The notes: a model not told the origin generated them from the sequence alone. Shown: positions 23,170 through 35,900, counted from the stretch's first letter. The stretch is DNA of 46,063 nucleotides from Chiloscyllium plagiosum (GCF_004010195.1 NC_057719.1:78276359-78322421), one strand, 5' to 3'. Numbers and translations: made by a program.

Positions 23170-24875
23170 GTTTCTGTGCTGTGACCTCTCCCAAATAGCT
23201 TCCTCCAAGTTCAGTTGTGAATTCCACTGTGTTTTTTAAAATTTTCCATTAATTTTCTTGCTCTGTATATAATCCACAGGCAAATACTTTTGTCTGGTGT
23301 TTGGCTCAAAATATTGAATCAATGAGCAGGTTAAACTTCCTTCGGAAATTTCATTAAGTATTTTCATTTTGCCATGGAGCATCTAAAAATGAGAGATACA
23401 ATTAGACTCTTAAAGTTTTCATTGTGACCTGCAATAGAATTAAAGCATCTGTGATACCCTGTCAATGTGTGTGTGTGTAAATGCCTGACAAAAGTGACCA
23501 AGGAAATCTAAAACAGTAGAAATGTGTTCAGTGAGTATGAAATGGTTTGTGTGCTCTTATTGTGTTTACCCAGAATCGTTCATTTTCTTCATTTTGGCAA
23601 CTTGTGTTTAAAGGCTTCAAATGTGGGAATATTTTTAAGTCTTTCCTTAAATTGTTTATTTTCTGTGATATTTCACTGTGGAATGTCTTAAAGTCACCCA
23701 TTCCACAAGTCATTGTTAACAGTGTGAGACTCTGACTTTATTTCGGCCTATCATCAATCTAATGTTAAAGGATACAGTCAAGTTTTAGCAAATAAAAACT
23801 TACAGATGAGTTGCAAATTCCTTGCAATAAGTTCCAGAGTTTTTATTCACTGTTTTCTTTGGTAAATCCAACTCAGCACGAGAAATATTCTTGCACAAGG
23901 TACAAGGTTTGTGATCAGCAAAGACAAAGTTCAGGCACCTTTTTTTTCAGGACAGTGGCACGGCACACGTTTGGGATGTTTAAGATGACAAGGTCCAGGA
24001 ATGGGTTTCCAAACACAAACGATAATAATTTTAAAAGAGTGCAACGTGTCAGCAAGTAAGTAAAGTGATGGACTTTGAGATCACGACAGCAAGACTGACG
24101 TTGAAATCATGCACAGATCTTGTGGAGCTCATAATGTCCCCAATAAGCTGTTCTCCCTGGCAAAATGTTTCTGAAGCCACCTTCCTTCATGTTCTCTGAA
24201 ATTGTACAATCTCTGTTTATGCATTCATTTCAGTGCCAAAAACTGCTTTATGCATTGTTACCGTAAAACAAGCTGTGAGGATGTTCCTGAGAATTGTTAG
24301 GTTATTGTTTTGATTTGTCAACCCATGACACTTTGATTTTCTACCCTTTCTTCCTTTTGGAGACATTCTGATCACAGGTAGTATAAGGGTTAATGTTAAT
24401 GATATACCTTGCACCCACTTTGTGAAATGATGTGGGATCACATGACGAGGAGATGATTTTCTCCAACAATTTCTCGCACAGGTGATGTCTCGGCCGATCT
24501 ATAGTCACATTTATTACATTTAGACAAAATGATAATTGTTGTCCCTGTTTAAAAATCTCCATGAGTATTTGCCTTTCTCTTTCCTCAACCCAACATTGGC
24601 AAAATATGATTGAGATTGGCAACCCACCATGGGGAAATTGATGGTTGGGTGTGTACGTCACAGTATTTCATACCATAGCTATTGATGTTCCAAAAACACA
24701 GTACATTTGGCATGTTAAATTCAAACGTTATATATCAACTTAAATCCAAGGAAACTAGTACACCAACAGTCTCGTATGAAGCAGCAGTTTCAAACTGGAC
24801 ATGGTAGTCACTTTTTCTTCACCAACATTGTTAATCATAAGCTTCTGTAGAGCTGCTGTTTACTTCTGGAATAAT

Positions 24876-24945
24876 TGAATGGCGGAACAGGCTGAAGGGG
24901 CTGAGTGGCCTCCTCCTACTCCTAATTTGCATGTTTCTATGTTCT
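24876..24945 (+). mobile_element. Short CR1 3' terminus
   Basis: gaatggcggaacaggctgaaggggctgagtggcctcctcctactcctaat...tttctatgttct; compare 42738-42792. Confidence 0.75.
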
Positions 24946-26236
24946 GTCCTTTGCAGTTCAATGGCACAGCAAGGTTTACTAGTTGTAGCCATGTATGTTT
25001 CTGTTGCAACTTGTGGTTCATATAGGGCATGTAAATTTACTGATTTACTTAGTAACTTATGATTTGTCCATTCTTGACAGCTCTGCTTGTGCAACCGTGG
25101 ATCTACTTCAATTGTAAGAACATTGTCTGACTTTCATTTATATTTTGTATTGCATTTATACATCTCCCGATGTGTGGTGGTTAGTTAATGATGTAATCCC
25201 TAGACAATAGGGAGAGACAATATTAAATTGTTTTGCTTAAACCTGTTTTTATCTTGCTAATGTTTTCTTAATAGTAATTTTCTTAAAAAGCGAATAATTT
25301 CTGAGCTGACAACATTGATGACAGGGGTCACCTGAAGCTAGGTGACCAAAATTTCTAGAAAGTTCTGACCAGCTATAATCAGACCCGATGAAAGGTTATA
25401 CCTTCTACTTGGGATGTAACACTTGTTGCATTGTATGAACATTCCAGCCAAGCCAACACATAGACAAAACACCTACCTCAGTCAGGTTTAAGCATAATAG
25501 ATCATCAGAACTCATTATGGCTTAGCAAGGTGCAAATCACCTCTTGGTTTTCTGCCCCAAAACACAAAAGGTTTTCGCCTTGACGTCAAAGTCCACCTTG
25601 TTAGATAGATATCTCCAACCATATCCCCAGTCACATGATTGAAACTACTGGTTTGTTTTAATCATTTATGCAGATTTGAATTTTGCTGCCTGCTCGCAAC
25701 ATCAAATGAGTGGGCAGTTCCATACTTATCGAAAAGATTACCTCTGGTCTCAATTCCTCTCAAAAATCTAATTCCTAAACAGAAGCCTGTGTTCCCTTGT
25801 GAACTATTCCCAAGTTATGAACACTGCACCTTCACCAGGAATTTGACTGCATCCAAGTTCTTTTGGCGCAGGCTTGGTGTGCTGAATGTTCCTGTTCCTA
25901 TTAAAGAGACTTGTATACATAACCAACTGAAGGAACCTTGACAGGACATTGACTTACAAGGTTCACTAATTCTCATGAACTAATTTTGTTATCTTTGATT
26001 TTAAGTAATTTGTAACTTTTCTTTCACTATTAGATGCACGTGTGTGTGAACTTATGCTGTGAACCATTAGACTGATTTTGAAGAGGAAAATAAAAACATA
26101 TATTAAAAACCAGCTCTTGTTACAGACAAGAGGTGAAAACAATAAAAATAATCTATTTCGTCGCTACCTCTTATCCTTGACAAAAAGAAACAATACTATC
26201 AGCACATTGCCACTAAACAAATATCTGAAAGATGTA

Positions 26237-26271
26237 ATTCAAGGTAACGATTCAAGGTAACGATTCAAGGT
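26237..26271. repeat. 13-bp tandem repeat (attcaaggtaacg) x2.7
   Basis: Read directly from the sequence. Confidence 0.9.
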
Positions 26272-27099
26272 TCAGAGCTGAATTGGAAGCTGAGTGAATT
26301 CTAATTCAGTAAACCTGCTCCACATGATTGATTGGAAAATAAAATTGATGCCTTCATCTCGCATTCATTATCTGCAAATGTTTAGTTTGCCAGTGTGTGA
26401 AAGCATTTTAAAAAGATTTAAAGGGCACCAGATTAGAGAATTAGATTGTAGAGAAATAATGATGTCATCAAATTACTCTGATTTCCAAGGCACATCGGCA
26501 AGCACTTCCTGGGTCAACATCAGATTCTAAATGTCATGTCAATTCTAGCTGTGTCCATGCGTTTTCCATAATCTTCTCCACCCAAAATGATGTCCTCTTG
26601 GATAATGGATGCTACTTTCAGTTTTCACAGTACATCATGGACACCATGGACCCAACTTCCCTTGGTGTAAATTAATTTTGTCTCCAGAGCCTAATTTTAA
26701 TTGTGCTAAAAATGTCATGAAATTTTCTATCCTTCCTCATACAGATTTCTAATACTATAACAAGTTCAGAATTCACTGGAGGTACTTACCTCTATGCACA
26801 TGGTGTATTCATAAGCTGTCTCCCGCACTGAGTTGATCATTGAAGCAAAGCTGGAAGGAGGTCAAGAGACTTGGCATTCTCCATGGACAAACTTGTAAAG
26901 TTCTCACACATCAAAAGTTGTGCTGAAAAGAAGGCTGACAGGTTCAGAATTAGAAGGCTGAATATTTGGTAAGTTTATATTCAGAGAATTGGCTCCTCAA
27001 AAAAATTCTACTTTTCAGGGAAAAGTTCCAGTTGATTAGTCATTTTGTCATAACATTGGAGCGCCATCAGCATCACTGTTTGATCACAGCATCTATTAA

Positions 27100-27430
27100 T
27101 GGGGAGGTGATGATCTAATGGTATTATTGCAGGGCTGTTAATCCAGAGACATGTATAATGATCTGGGTTCAAATCCCACAATGGCAAATGGTGGAATTAG
27201 AATTTGATGTTTAAAAAAAATTCATGATGATCATGAATCCATTGTTGATTATCAGAAAAACCCATCTGGTTCACTAATGTCCTTCATGGAAGGAAATCTG
27301 CCATCTGTACCTGGTGTGACTCCAGACCCATAGCAATGTGATTGATTTTTAACTAATCTGGGCAATTAGGGATGGGTAATAAATGCTGACCTAGCCAGTG
27401 ACACCCTCTTCCTCTGAATGAATAAATAAA
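27100..27430 (+). mobile_element. tRNA-derived SINE (family C) with family B LINE tail
   Basis: B box gggttcaaatccc, body aaaaacccatctggttcactaatgtcctt...gtgactccagaccc, tail gggcaattagggatgggtaataaatgctg...tgaatgaataaataaa. Confidence 0.8.
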
Positions 27431-28321
27431 GGTCGAGGTGCCAAAGTTTGGAAGTATCCTGATGTCTCCGACGTCATACCAAACAAATGCTGTATTTTAA
27501 AATGTAAATCATAGTGGTTTACAGCATGCAAAAATATAATTAAGCTCATTTGATATGCATCAACTATGCTTAATAGTTCACCACTGCTCTGTTTGCCTTC
27601 TCCTTTTCCAATATCCTTATGAATTCTCTTGTCAGATATTTCTCCATTATCTCTAGATAAAGCTCTTAGTAGTTCCATTTCTCCCCTGTTTCTGAAGGGG
27701 AGGTTCATGTTCTAATTTTGGAGTACCCTCAGGAGAAGGCACACCTCTGCCTTAAGTTAAATCAACATGGTTAAAATAATATGTCTTTTCCCTTGAGGCT
27801 TTCTCCTGCCTGGGTGGGCATTAGAAAGCGAAAAGGAAAAAAAAACTTTTCACTAAAAGCTTTCTCCTCACTGAGGGGACTTCAGGTGAATTCATATCCA
27901 CCAGCCTGTTCTAAAATCTCTGCTCATATCTTGATCGCTGTGACAAGCAGATGAGTTAATCTACAACATTCGAAAACAGTCAACAGCATTCTAAATAAAA
28001 AAAACTCACAATATTCTTTCAAAGATTCTTTCTTCCCTGTTTCCCAATGCTAATGGATCCTTCAAAAAAATTCCAGGATACATACCTTTGCCAAAAACTA
28101 ATCAGTTCTTTCTTGCCCATACCTGTATGTGAAGTTTCAAGTCTCATTGAAAGTTGACCATTAACGCTTGAGATATATTATTTTTTTAAAACAAACTAAC
28201 AGTTGCAGAAAGGAACTTTGAAGGTAAATATGGCCTTACATGGGCCTCATATGATGGTTTTCTTCCTGTCTGCAGCCATTTCTTTAATACATTATATCTA
28301 TATTGGAAAGCTACTATATTA

Positions 28322-28626
28322 AGGGAGACAGTGATGCTGTTGTAATGTCGTAGTAATCCAGAGCTCCAGGCTAATGTTTGGGGGTCATGAGTCAAATCCC
28401 ACTATGGCAGATAGTGAATTCTGGAGTAAATCAAAACAAAAATAGTAATAAAAAGCCATTATTGATCTCATTTAAAAATAAAATCTCATTCATTAATGTC
28501 ATTTAGGAAAGGAAATCAGTCATCCTTTCATTTATGTGTGCCTTCAAACCCACAACAATGTGGTTGAGACTTAACTGCAAAGAAATGCTGGCCACTCATT
28601 TAAGCCCAATTCCATTAACAAATAAA
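28322..28626 (+). mobile_element. SINE family C, degraded copy
   Basis: Colinear with 27100-27430 (taatccagag; tcaaatcccac; taatgtc..ggaaat; caatgtggttga; aaatgctgg). Confidence 0.7.
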
Positions 28627-28832
28627 TGTAATTTAAAAAAAAACTATACACTTCATTAAAACAAACTGTAGACCAGAAATCCTGGGTAGAGTTTAGTCTC
28701 ACGATCTGAATGTTAAGGCCTCAGTTGACAATGTTGCAAATGATGGTCCCATTAAGGAAGAACAAGGACATACCCCAGAGATTGAGAGGGAAGTGAACTG
28801 TGAAACAGAAGTAAACAGCTATGGAAGACCTG

Positions 28833-29018
28833 AAAGCAGAACATGCTAGAGAAATTCAGCAGGTCTGACAGCATTTGTGGAGAGAGAACCGTTATTTGGA
28901 ATAACAATCATACTGGATTCAATACTTTTAACACTGCTTCTCTCTGAGAAGCCTGGTGAGTTTCTCCAGCATTTTCTGATTTAATTTCAGATTTCCAGTA
29001 TCTGCTGCATTTTGTTTT
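28833..29018 (+). mobile_element. Penelope-like family D, degraded inverted-repeat unit
   Basis: cagaacatgctagagaaattcagcagg is inverted to cctggtgagtttctccagcattttctg, followed by the tail tttcagatttccagtatctgc. Confidence 0.65.
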
Positions 29019-29089
29019 GAATTGAGGAAGATAGGCTAAGTTGGAAAACTAACAGCAAAATATTTGTTGCACTCGGGATCTCATAGTTA

Positions 29090-29199
29090 TTTTAATCAAG
29101 GTGTTTAAACATGCTGTGACACACCTCCAGGACAAGAACAACTTGAACCTGGTCATTGGGGCCAAGGAATGAGGACAACATTCTGCCATAGAGCTCCCA
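29090..29199 (-). mobile_element. Short tRNA-derived SINE (family E)
   Basis: rc has ccaggttcaag (B box) and ggaggtgtgtcacagcatgtttaaaca, homologous to 36215-36282. Confidence 0.5.
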
Positions 29200-29230
29200 T
29201 TTATAAAGTGAAGTTCTAAAATTTGTTGTG

Positions 29231-29324
29231 ATGGGTTTTAAGTTGAGGTCCCCAAAGCATTATGTGGGTTTACTGGATTACTGGATTACTAGTCCAGCGA
29301 CAACACCAAAACACCATGAGCCCT
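29231..29324 (-). mobile_element. SINE family C head fragment
   Basis: rc ctggactagtaatccagtaatccag...taatgctttggggac matches the head at 28340-28385. Confidence 0.5.
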
Positions 29325-29828
29325 CTCTATAGTGGAGCTGTTAAACTGCAAAGAATTGGCAATGAATTATAATTGAAGTGACCCTAAACAGAGGAGGGGA
29401 ATGAAACAAACAAATTGGGAAGTGATGTTGCTGCTTGGGTGTGTGATTGATGGAAGGAGTGATCAGTGGATAATTGTTTGTCCGAGGGGAAGACTGATTG
29501 GTGACAAGTAAGAGGGGAGTCATGAGTGGATAATCATGTGGCTGCAAGTGGCACTGGATTGTGCACTTTCTGTGCAGTGAGGAGAAGGAACCTCTGCAGC
29601 ACGAGATTTCATTCAGGTTGTTGTATTTTGTGTCTTTTATGGTTGTAATCTTTTAAACTTCAGGGTGTGCCCGGTGTTGTGTGACCATATGGTTTACTAA
29701 CTGGCCCACAACAAAAAGCCATAATTTCTGGTAATCCACATATGTTTACACATATTTTGAGAGAAACTACTATTCTTGATGTTTTAAAAAGCTACTTCAA
29801 TAAGTATAATATAATTGCAAAGTATTGA

Positions 29829-31030
29829 TTTTTTGAATAACCAATATTATTGAAAAGCTTTTAAAATCTTTTACAAAACAAAACACCATCAAAACAGAAA
29901 AAAAAGTAGTACAAAAAACAAGACCATAGCATAGTACCATTGTTAATAAACAGCCCACTATTCTACCAAAGCAAACATATCTACTTAACTAAATCTAAAC
30001 TACAAACATATTAAATAAATACTAGCTTAAACTATATTAAAATAACTTAAATTAAATAATATCTCACTACTTTATTCTATCTCACTCATCACACCTCCAC
30101 TGAGGCTCCAATCCCTGGGAGTACCCCCTACAGTACCCATATTCTATTCCTTCCAATCTCCTCATCCTGGGGCCCCAAGGGCACCCATGATTCCCACAGC
30201 CCTGACTAATATTGCTGATAAGTCTGCTTTCTTATAATTTAAAAAGGGCCGCCATGTTCTATAAAACTGTTCCATTTTGTGGTGCACCATATTTGTGAGG
30301 TAATCTTGGGGGAGATGCTTCATCACCAGCTTACGCAACCCCGTTAAGACCTGGTGGTTTTTCTGACGGTCAATTCAGTAGAATGTTCTTCCTCGCGCAA
30401 TGGGTAGAGATGTTACACAATCTCTTCCCGTGTTCCCCCAGAGAGGGCAAATTTGGCAACCCCAGAAGAAGAATTACCGGATCCATGTTCATTTCAGTCC
30501 CCAGAATGTCCTTTAACTCCCTTACTATCGCACTCCAGTATCTCTGGATCTTACAACATGACCAGTAGCAGTGTGTGAGAGTGCCTGTACTGATTTTACA
30601 TTTGGGATACGCTGGAGACGCTCCTCTCTTGAACTTAGCTAGCCTCTCTGGCACCATATGAGCCCTGTGTAAGATCCTCAATTGCATAACCTGCGCTCTG
30701 TAGCATACTGAAATTTTCCATACATTCCCCCAGATGCCTTCCCATCTCTCCATTAACATGTCCGCTCCTGACTCTTGGTTCCATGTCTTACAAAGTCCTT
30801 CCAGGGCGCAACCTTTCTGTAAATGATATAATGTACTAAGTGGAAGAGTACCCATACACCAGAGTATTCTTTTATCCGTGTCTGATTTATAACACTGGGT
30901 CAAGAGCGTGGTCTTCCTCTGTACATAGTCCCTTATCTGGAAGTATCGGAAAAGGACCCTAGGACAATCCATATTTCTGACTTAAGTGACTAAACAACAT
31001 CAGGGCCTCTCCCTCGAATAAATCTCTCTT
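29829..31030 (-). mobile_element. L1-clade LINE 3' fragment (5'-truncated)
   Basis: ORF2 C-terminus followed by a T-rich 3' UTR ending in ttattcaaaaaa on the minus strand. Confidence 0.85.
30370..30972 (-). pseudogene. L1 ORF2 C-terminal region with zf-RVT-like CCHC motif
   Basis: FRYFQIRDY...QLRILHRAH..PERL...YPKCKISTGTLTHCYWSC.KIQRYW...LLLGL...ARKNILLN. The first Cys is mutated to Y, and a stop lies at the conserved Trp. Confidence 0.85.
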
Positions 31031-32694
31031 TATGAACTACGTGTACAAGGGATTGTGAGTCATTACTTCAAAGAAAATGCATTTCAAATGTCTTGCAAGA
31101 ATACCGTGGCAGGTATTAAAATCTCCTGGAGCTGGATCCAGAAATGAAGACTGTCAGAAGCTGTGAAATGGCAGTTTGGTCAGTTTAAACAACCACTATA
31201 TCGAGAGATTGGAGCTTTTGACCAGTGAAAATGACAGTGAGTTGCTTGACTTTAACAGCACTGCCTTTCTGAATGTAACACATATATATTGCCTCATTTG
31301 TGTTGTGAATTTGTCCTGATTGGTCTTATCGATCCATGCTGTGATTCCTGTCCACTTTTGCAATTCTAAAATTTAACATTATATTGATGTTAATTTTTTT
31401 TAAAAGTTATCCAAACTAAATAATTATAGTGGATCATTCTAAATGTGTTTCTCTGACAGGTTGTGTGGTATTGGAGCCTTTATGCTATTGGGCTGATGCT
31501 AATAGTGGTGATGCATGCACAGATGACAAGGGCCAGAGATAACGTGAGAAACATAAAGTAGTGTTCCTGTGGTTTTTGATGAGCTTAAGATATGCTTCAA
31601 TACTTTCTTTGGCATACCTACCCTTGAATAAAAAATCAGTTCCAAATCTGATTTTCCACCACTTTGTGTCTTATGTCATTATAAAAATACAGAACTCATT
31701 GAATACAGAAGTCGAGTGATCTCAGAATGTTTCAGTAAGTCTAGAGATAGGTACATAAAGGCTGTATTTATTTTTCATTGCTTATAACAACTTTAAATAA
31801 AAGTGAAAAAGATGGAAATTGCATACGGTGGTGAAGATGATTTCATAACTTTCAGTGTTGTGTGAGTTGGGCAGAAGTGTTTAATGATTTATAAAAAATG
31901 TTCCCTATTTCCATGATCCAGTGCAAACAATTTGTAAGTATACCAGATGGTATATTGGATTTTTTTTGCCCATATTTGGGCAAGGTTAATAGGAAGTGCT
32001 AAACATCAAGTTATTCTTGTGAGAAATATACAGCATGTCTGCCGTATATGTGAAGGACAGAATAGATTAACAACATGGATGTAGACCCACCATAGAACTG
32101 GAAGATGGAAGACAGTGAAGCTTGTTTAAATGGCTGAACATGAAAGAGGAGGAAGAGCTATGAGCAGCATTTAATGGAAACTGCTTGATGGGGGAAGAGC
32201 CAGGAGAATTGGTTGGAATTACTTGCATTTGAGTTTCTGGGATCAGGAAAACAGTCACAAATTAAATTGGATTTAAGTAGGGCCTTATGTGAGATTCTTA
32301 CTCGCTGGATGTCAAAAAGCTCATTATTGGGCCATTTGAGAGCAATTACTACCAGAACCTAATGCTGACTCAGGTGTAACAGGATTTATTTTATCCTCCA
32401 ATGCCTTCTGAAGGCTATCCATCAATCTCTGAAAGGTTTCCCTGCAGCACTGTTGGGAAGTCACCCATGATCAGGTACTTGGTCCTTCCTTGATCATCCT
32501 GGCAAGAGGAAGGGGTTGGGGGAGGCTGAACCTCCCAGAAGGAGAAAACAGTAAAACCTGCAAATTATACGTACTGATCAAATCTGTCGTCTTAACTCTT
32601 AAAATAAGAAACCTGTATTCATTTCCAAATATTACTGTTTCTTTTCTGCTCTGGGCTACTTTTGCCATTGACTTTTTCACACAGTGACTAGTTA

Positions 32695-32901
32695 GGTATT
32701 GAAAACACTGCCTTGAAATGTGATGGAGGTAGATTCAATGGAAGCATTCAAGAGAGCATTGGATTTATTTTGGCTAGTATTCATGTGTAGGGATATGGAG
32801 AAAAGAGAGGAGATTAGCATTAGGTAATAGAACTGGTGTAGGCGCCATGGGCATAATGGGCAATACTTGTGCAGCATAATAATTCTATAACTCTGTGATC
32901 T
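32695..32901 (+). mobile_element. Degraded CR1 3' end
   Basis: gtgatggaggtagattcaatggaagcattcaagagagcattggat (VMEVDSMEAFKRALD), gggatatggag, and terminal attctataactctgtga repeats. Confidence 0.7.
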
Positions 32902-32995
32902 AGAGCTGTACCTATAGTATGATCTAGTCCACCTTATTTTCAAGAGAGAAACTCTCAGGGCTTGAAGTGATTAAAATCACAATTGTCTGTAGCAA

Positions 32996-33131
32996 GGAAT
33001 TCCTGATGAAGGGCTCCTGCCCGAAACATCGATTTTCCTGCTCTTCGGATGCTGCCTGACCTGCTGTGCATTTCCAGTGCCACTCTAATCTTGACTCTAA
33101 CCTCCAGCACCTGCAGTCCTCACTTTCGCCT
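32996..33131 (+). mobile_element. Penelope-like family A monomer with hammerhead motif
   Basis: ggaattc CTGATGA a gggc-tcct-gccc GAAAC ATC gat. The remainder is colinear with 10035-10132. Confidence 0.82.
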
Positions 33132-33605
33132 ATCTGACTGAGAGAGTCTGCTGCATTACAACTGACTGGGGCAGAAGAAAATCCATCTGCTGAGACCAAG
33201 GTACTGAAGGCAAGCTATGATAAGCTGATTAGTTGAAATGAGCAGCAGCACAGTGCACTTCAAGTCTTGGGCTGTATTGTGTAAATATGTGAGAAGGAAA
33301 CCCCTCTGGAGTTTACTACAACTGTCATATACAAATACTGGAGTTATGGCAACACTGCTCCTATAGCGTTGTAGCAAATGAAATCTATGATGTGAAAGGT
33401 TATTTAACATTTTAATTTGTGCAACATCTGGCAACCTGAATGTAACTGTTTGTGTTTTATGTTAAAAGAGAACAAAACATATGACCGTTCTCTGAACATT
33501 ATGTAAATTTATTTACATTGAATCCAAATATGCTGCAATTACATATATTTAGCAACGTCTGGTGTCCTCTATGACAGCAACAAACTAAACAACATTGACT
33601 GTGAC

Positions 33606-33685
33606 AGCTCCAATGCTGCAGTGGTGGTGTCCCTACCTCTGAGCCAGAAGGTTCAGATCCCACCTGAGTGGATTACAAAATGTCC
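33606..33685 (+). mobile_element. Short tRNA-derived SINE (family E) head
   Basis: gcagtggtggtgtccctacctctgagccagaaggttcagatcccacct has A/B-box-like motifs. Confidence 0.55.
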
Positions 33686-33802
33686 AAAAAACTTGGAGAA
33701 TGGAGTTGTTGGAATTGCTGTGAGAATGCGCCCTCTGCCATACAGGCAGTTATGGTACATGTGTCAGCTTTGTTGGTGACCTCCCAGGTGTATCAAAAAT
33801 AA

Positions 33803-34139
33803 CACAGTTTAGTGGTTAGCATTGCTGCCTCACAGCGCCAGGGACCTGGGTTCGATTCCTGCCTCAGGTGACTGTGTGGAGTTTGCACATTCTCTCTATG
33901 TCTGCGTGGGTTTCCTTCAGGGTGCTCCGGTTTCCTCCCACAGTCCAAAGATGTGCAGGTTAGATGAATTGGCCATGCTAAATTCCCCATAGAATTAGGT
34001 GCATTAGTCAGGGGTAAATATAGAGTAGGGGAATGGGTCTGGGTGGGTTACTCTTCGGAGGGTCAGTGTGGACCTGCTGGGCCGGAGGGCCTGTTTCCAT
34101 ACTGAAGGGAATCTAATCCAATCTAATCTAATCTAATCT
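33803..34139 (+). mobile_element. HE1-type V-SINE
   Basis: agtggttagc A box, gggttcgattcc B box, V domain, CR1 tail, and (aatct)n terminal repeat at 34110-34139. Confidence 0.93.
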
Positions 34140-34511
34140 TGCTTGCAAGCCCCCATTGACTCACCTGGCAAGCAGGGCAGGAGAGGGGGCAGTGAGTCGA
34201 GTGGAATTAAGGTTTGGGGGCATGGAGCTAAGGTCAGAAGCAGGGAAACATGGCTGTCAACCAATATAGGAGGACAGTGGTATTAGTTGCGGTGTTGTGA
34301 ACCACATGCACTTGGTTAGTGGAGTGGTTTCTGAATCAGGCATCAGTATTTCAGAATACTACCTCTGTGTAGTCAAATGTGTAATTTTCCATTTGACTGA
34401 CAGTAAATGCAAATTGAGCTCTTTTCCACTTTATAACAACCATGTACAATGTTAAAAATATTTGAAAGGAATTATTACATAATTAGGACTAACCTCAATA
34501 TGAAACATCTT

Positions 34512-35063
34512 AGCTGTGGCTCAAGAGTAGCATTTTCACCCCAGAGAGTAAAGGGTGTGCACTGAAGTCTCATTCTGAGAGACTTGAATAAGTATCCTTG
34601 GCTGACAAGTGAGAGAATGAAGCTCCATTAGATGTGACGTCATTCCGATGAGATGTTAAACCAAGACCCCCATCTGCTCTCTCAGGTGGTTGTAAAAGGT
34701 CATTGTCTTGAAGAGCAGTTATGTTCTCCTCGGTATTTACCCCTCAAACAGTATCACTATAACATGTGATCTGGTCATCATCACAATGTCGATGGGAGCT
34801 TGCTCTGTGAAAGTTTGCTCCCATATTTCCAACAATAGTGACTAAATTTCTGAAGTATTTTGTTGGCTGTGAAGAGCTTTGGAACACCCTGCCATTGTGA
34901 AAGAGGAGAAAGTGAGGACTGCAGATGCTGGAGCTCAGAGCTGAAAATGTGTTGCTGGAAAAGCGCAGCAGGTCAGGCAGCATCTAAGGAGCAGGAGAAT
35001 CGACGTTTCGGGCATGAGCCCTTCTTTAGGAAAGACCCTAAGGAAATGATTTCTTGCTTTCTT
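34512..35063 (+). mobile_element. Near full-length DeuSINE (SacSINE1-like), tail interrupted by a Penelope-like element
   Basis: tRNA-like head agctgtggctcaagagtagc; Deu domain gatgagatgttaaaccaagaccccc...ctctcaggtgg...gaagagcag...gatctggtcatcatcaca; L2-type tail ttggctgtgaagagctttgg...gtgaaag | aaatga...ctttcttt. Confidence 0.8.
34905..35029 (-). mobile_element. Penelope-like family A monomer (hammerhead core mutated to CUAAAGA)
   Basis: Reverse complement of the family A unit. Candidate TSD gaaaga at 34899-34904 and 35030-35035. Confidence 0.85.
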
Positions 35064-35579
35064 TCTCCCAGTTGTAAAGAATTGTAAGAACATTTACATA
35101 AGTGACTGACAGGTGACTGTACCTCATAAGGTATCGAGTGCTAACTGGGAATTTATTACAGAAAATGCTGATGATCAGAAGAGACATTTAAGAGAATACC
35201 ACTGACAGCTGACATTAGCATTATTTTAATTACATCAGTGAATTAATAAAAATGCAGTTGAAATAAATAAAAATGTTCAAAGATGTGATTTTTAATATGG
35301 AGGAAGTGACTACAAAAGTGAAGAATAAAACTTACCTACAAAATTAAATTCTGTAGAACCTTTTGGGTTTGTAAGGAATATTGTATAAATACTTCTACTT
35401 TTAAGAGTGAATGGGGAGATACAGATTTATTGGGGAAGACTTGTTAGGTAAGTGATCGCTTTAGCACAAACTGAAAGCAGATGCTATAACAATCAACATA
35501 ATTTCAGAATTGGTTTACAAGCTTCTTAATTAGATCAGTAGATGAAAAGCTATCCAGTATGGCATTCGGTCACCCTTCG

Positions 35580-35900
35580 ATAGGGCAATCTCTCAGGATC
35601 GAGAATGACTTATTTCCTTTCCCATTTGATTAAGTGACTGATATTTCCAATATGTGATCTGCAGACACTGTAGCACGTTAAGGATGGATGATGCTTACTT
35701 GTGTATTTAGGTGTGTCCTCCCAGCATCCCTCCCTTCTTTGATACTACGGCTCCAGCTTGCTAGTTCTCACTGAGTTCTCTGCGTTCTGTCCGAGTGAGT
35801 CTCCTTCATACACAACATTGATCAGAAAGTCAACTCTTCATCGGGATTGAGTTGTGTGATCTCAACCTCGTCTTGATATTTCTGCGAGAGATTCGGGAAA
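35580..35900 (-). mobile_element. Degraded RTE-clade LINE 3' end
   Basis: The rc of ~35630-35685 reads SLTCYSVCRSHIGNISHL, resembling the RTE terminal C..C...C.S.IGL.SH zinc finger, followed by a short UTR (aagtcattctcgatcctgagagattgccc). The 5' boundary is uncertain. Confidence 0.55.

Noticed and set aside
25384..25405. Hammerhead-like ccgatgaaaggttatacct
   Set aside because: There is no GAAA box after the stem, and box 1 is mutated.
26237..26271. CRISPR-like repeat
   Set aside because: It is a simple tandem repeat without spacers, in a eukaryotic context.
33726..33745. CTCF-like motif (rc ggcagagggcgca)
   Set aside because: Only the 3' half matches the consensus, so it cannot be supported without ChIP data.
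33803..33865. tRNA gene
   Set aside because: The A/B boxes belong to an HE1 SINE head that continues into the V domain.
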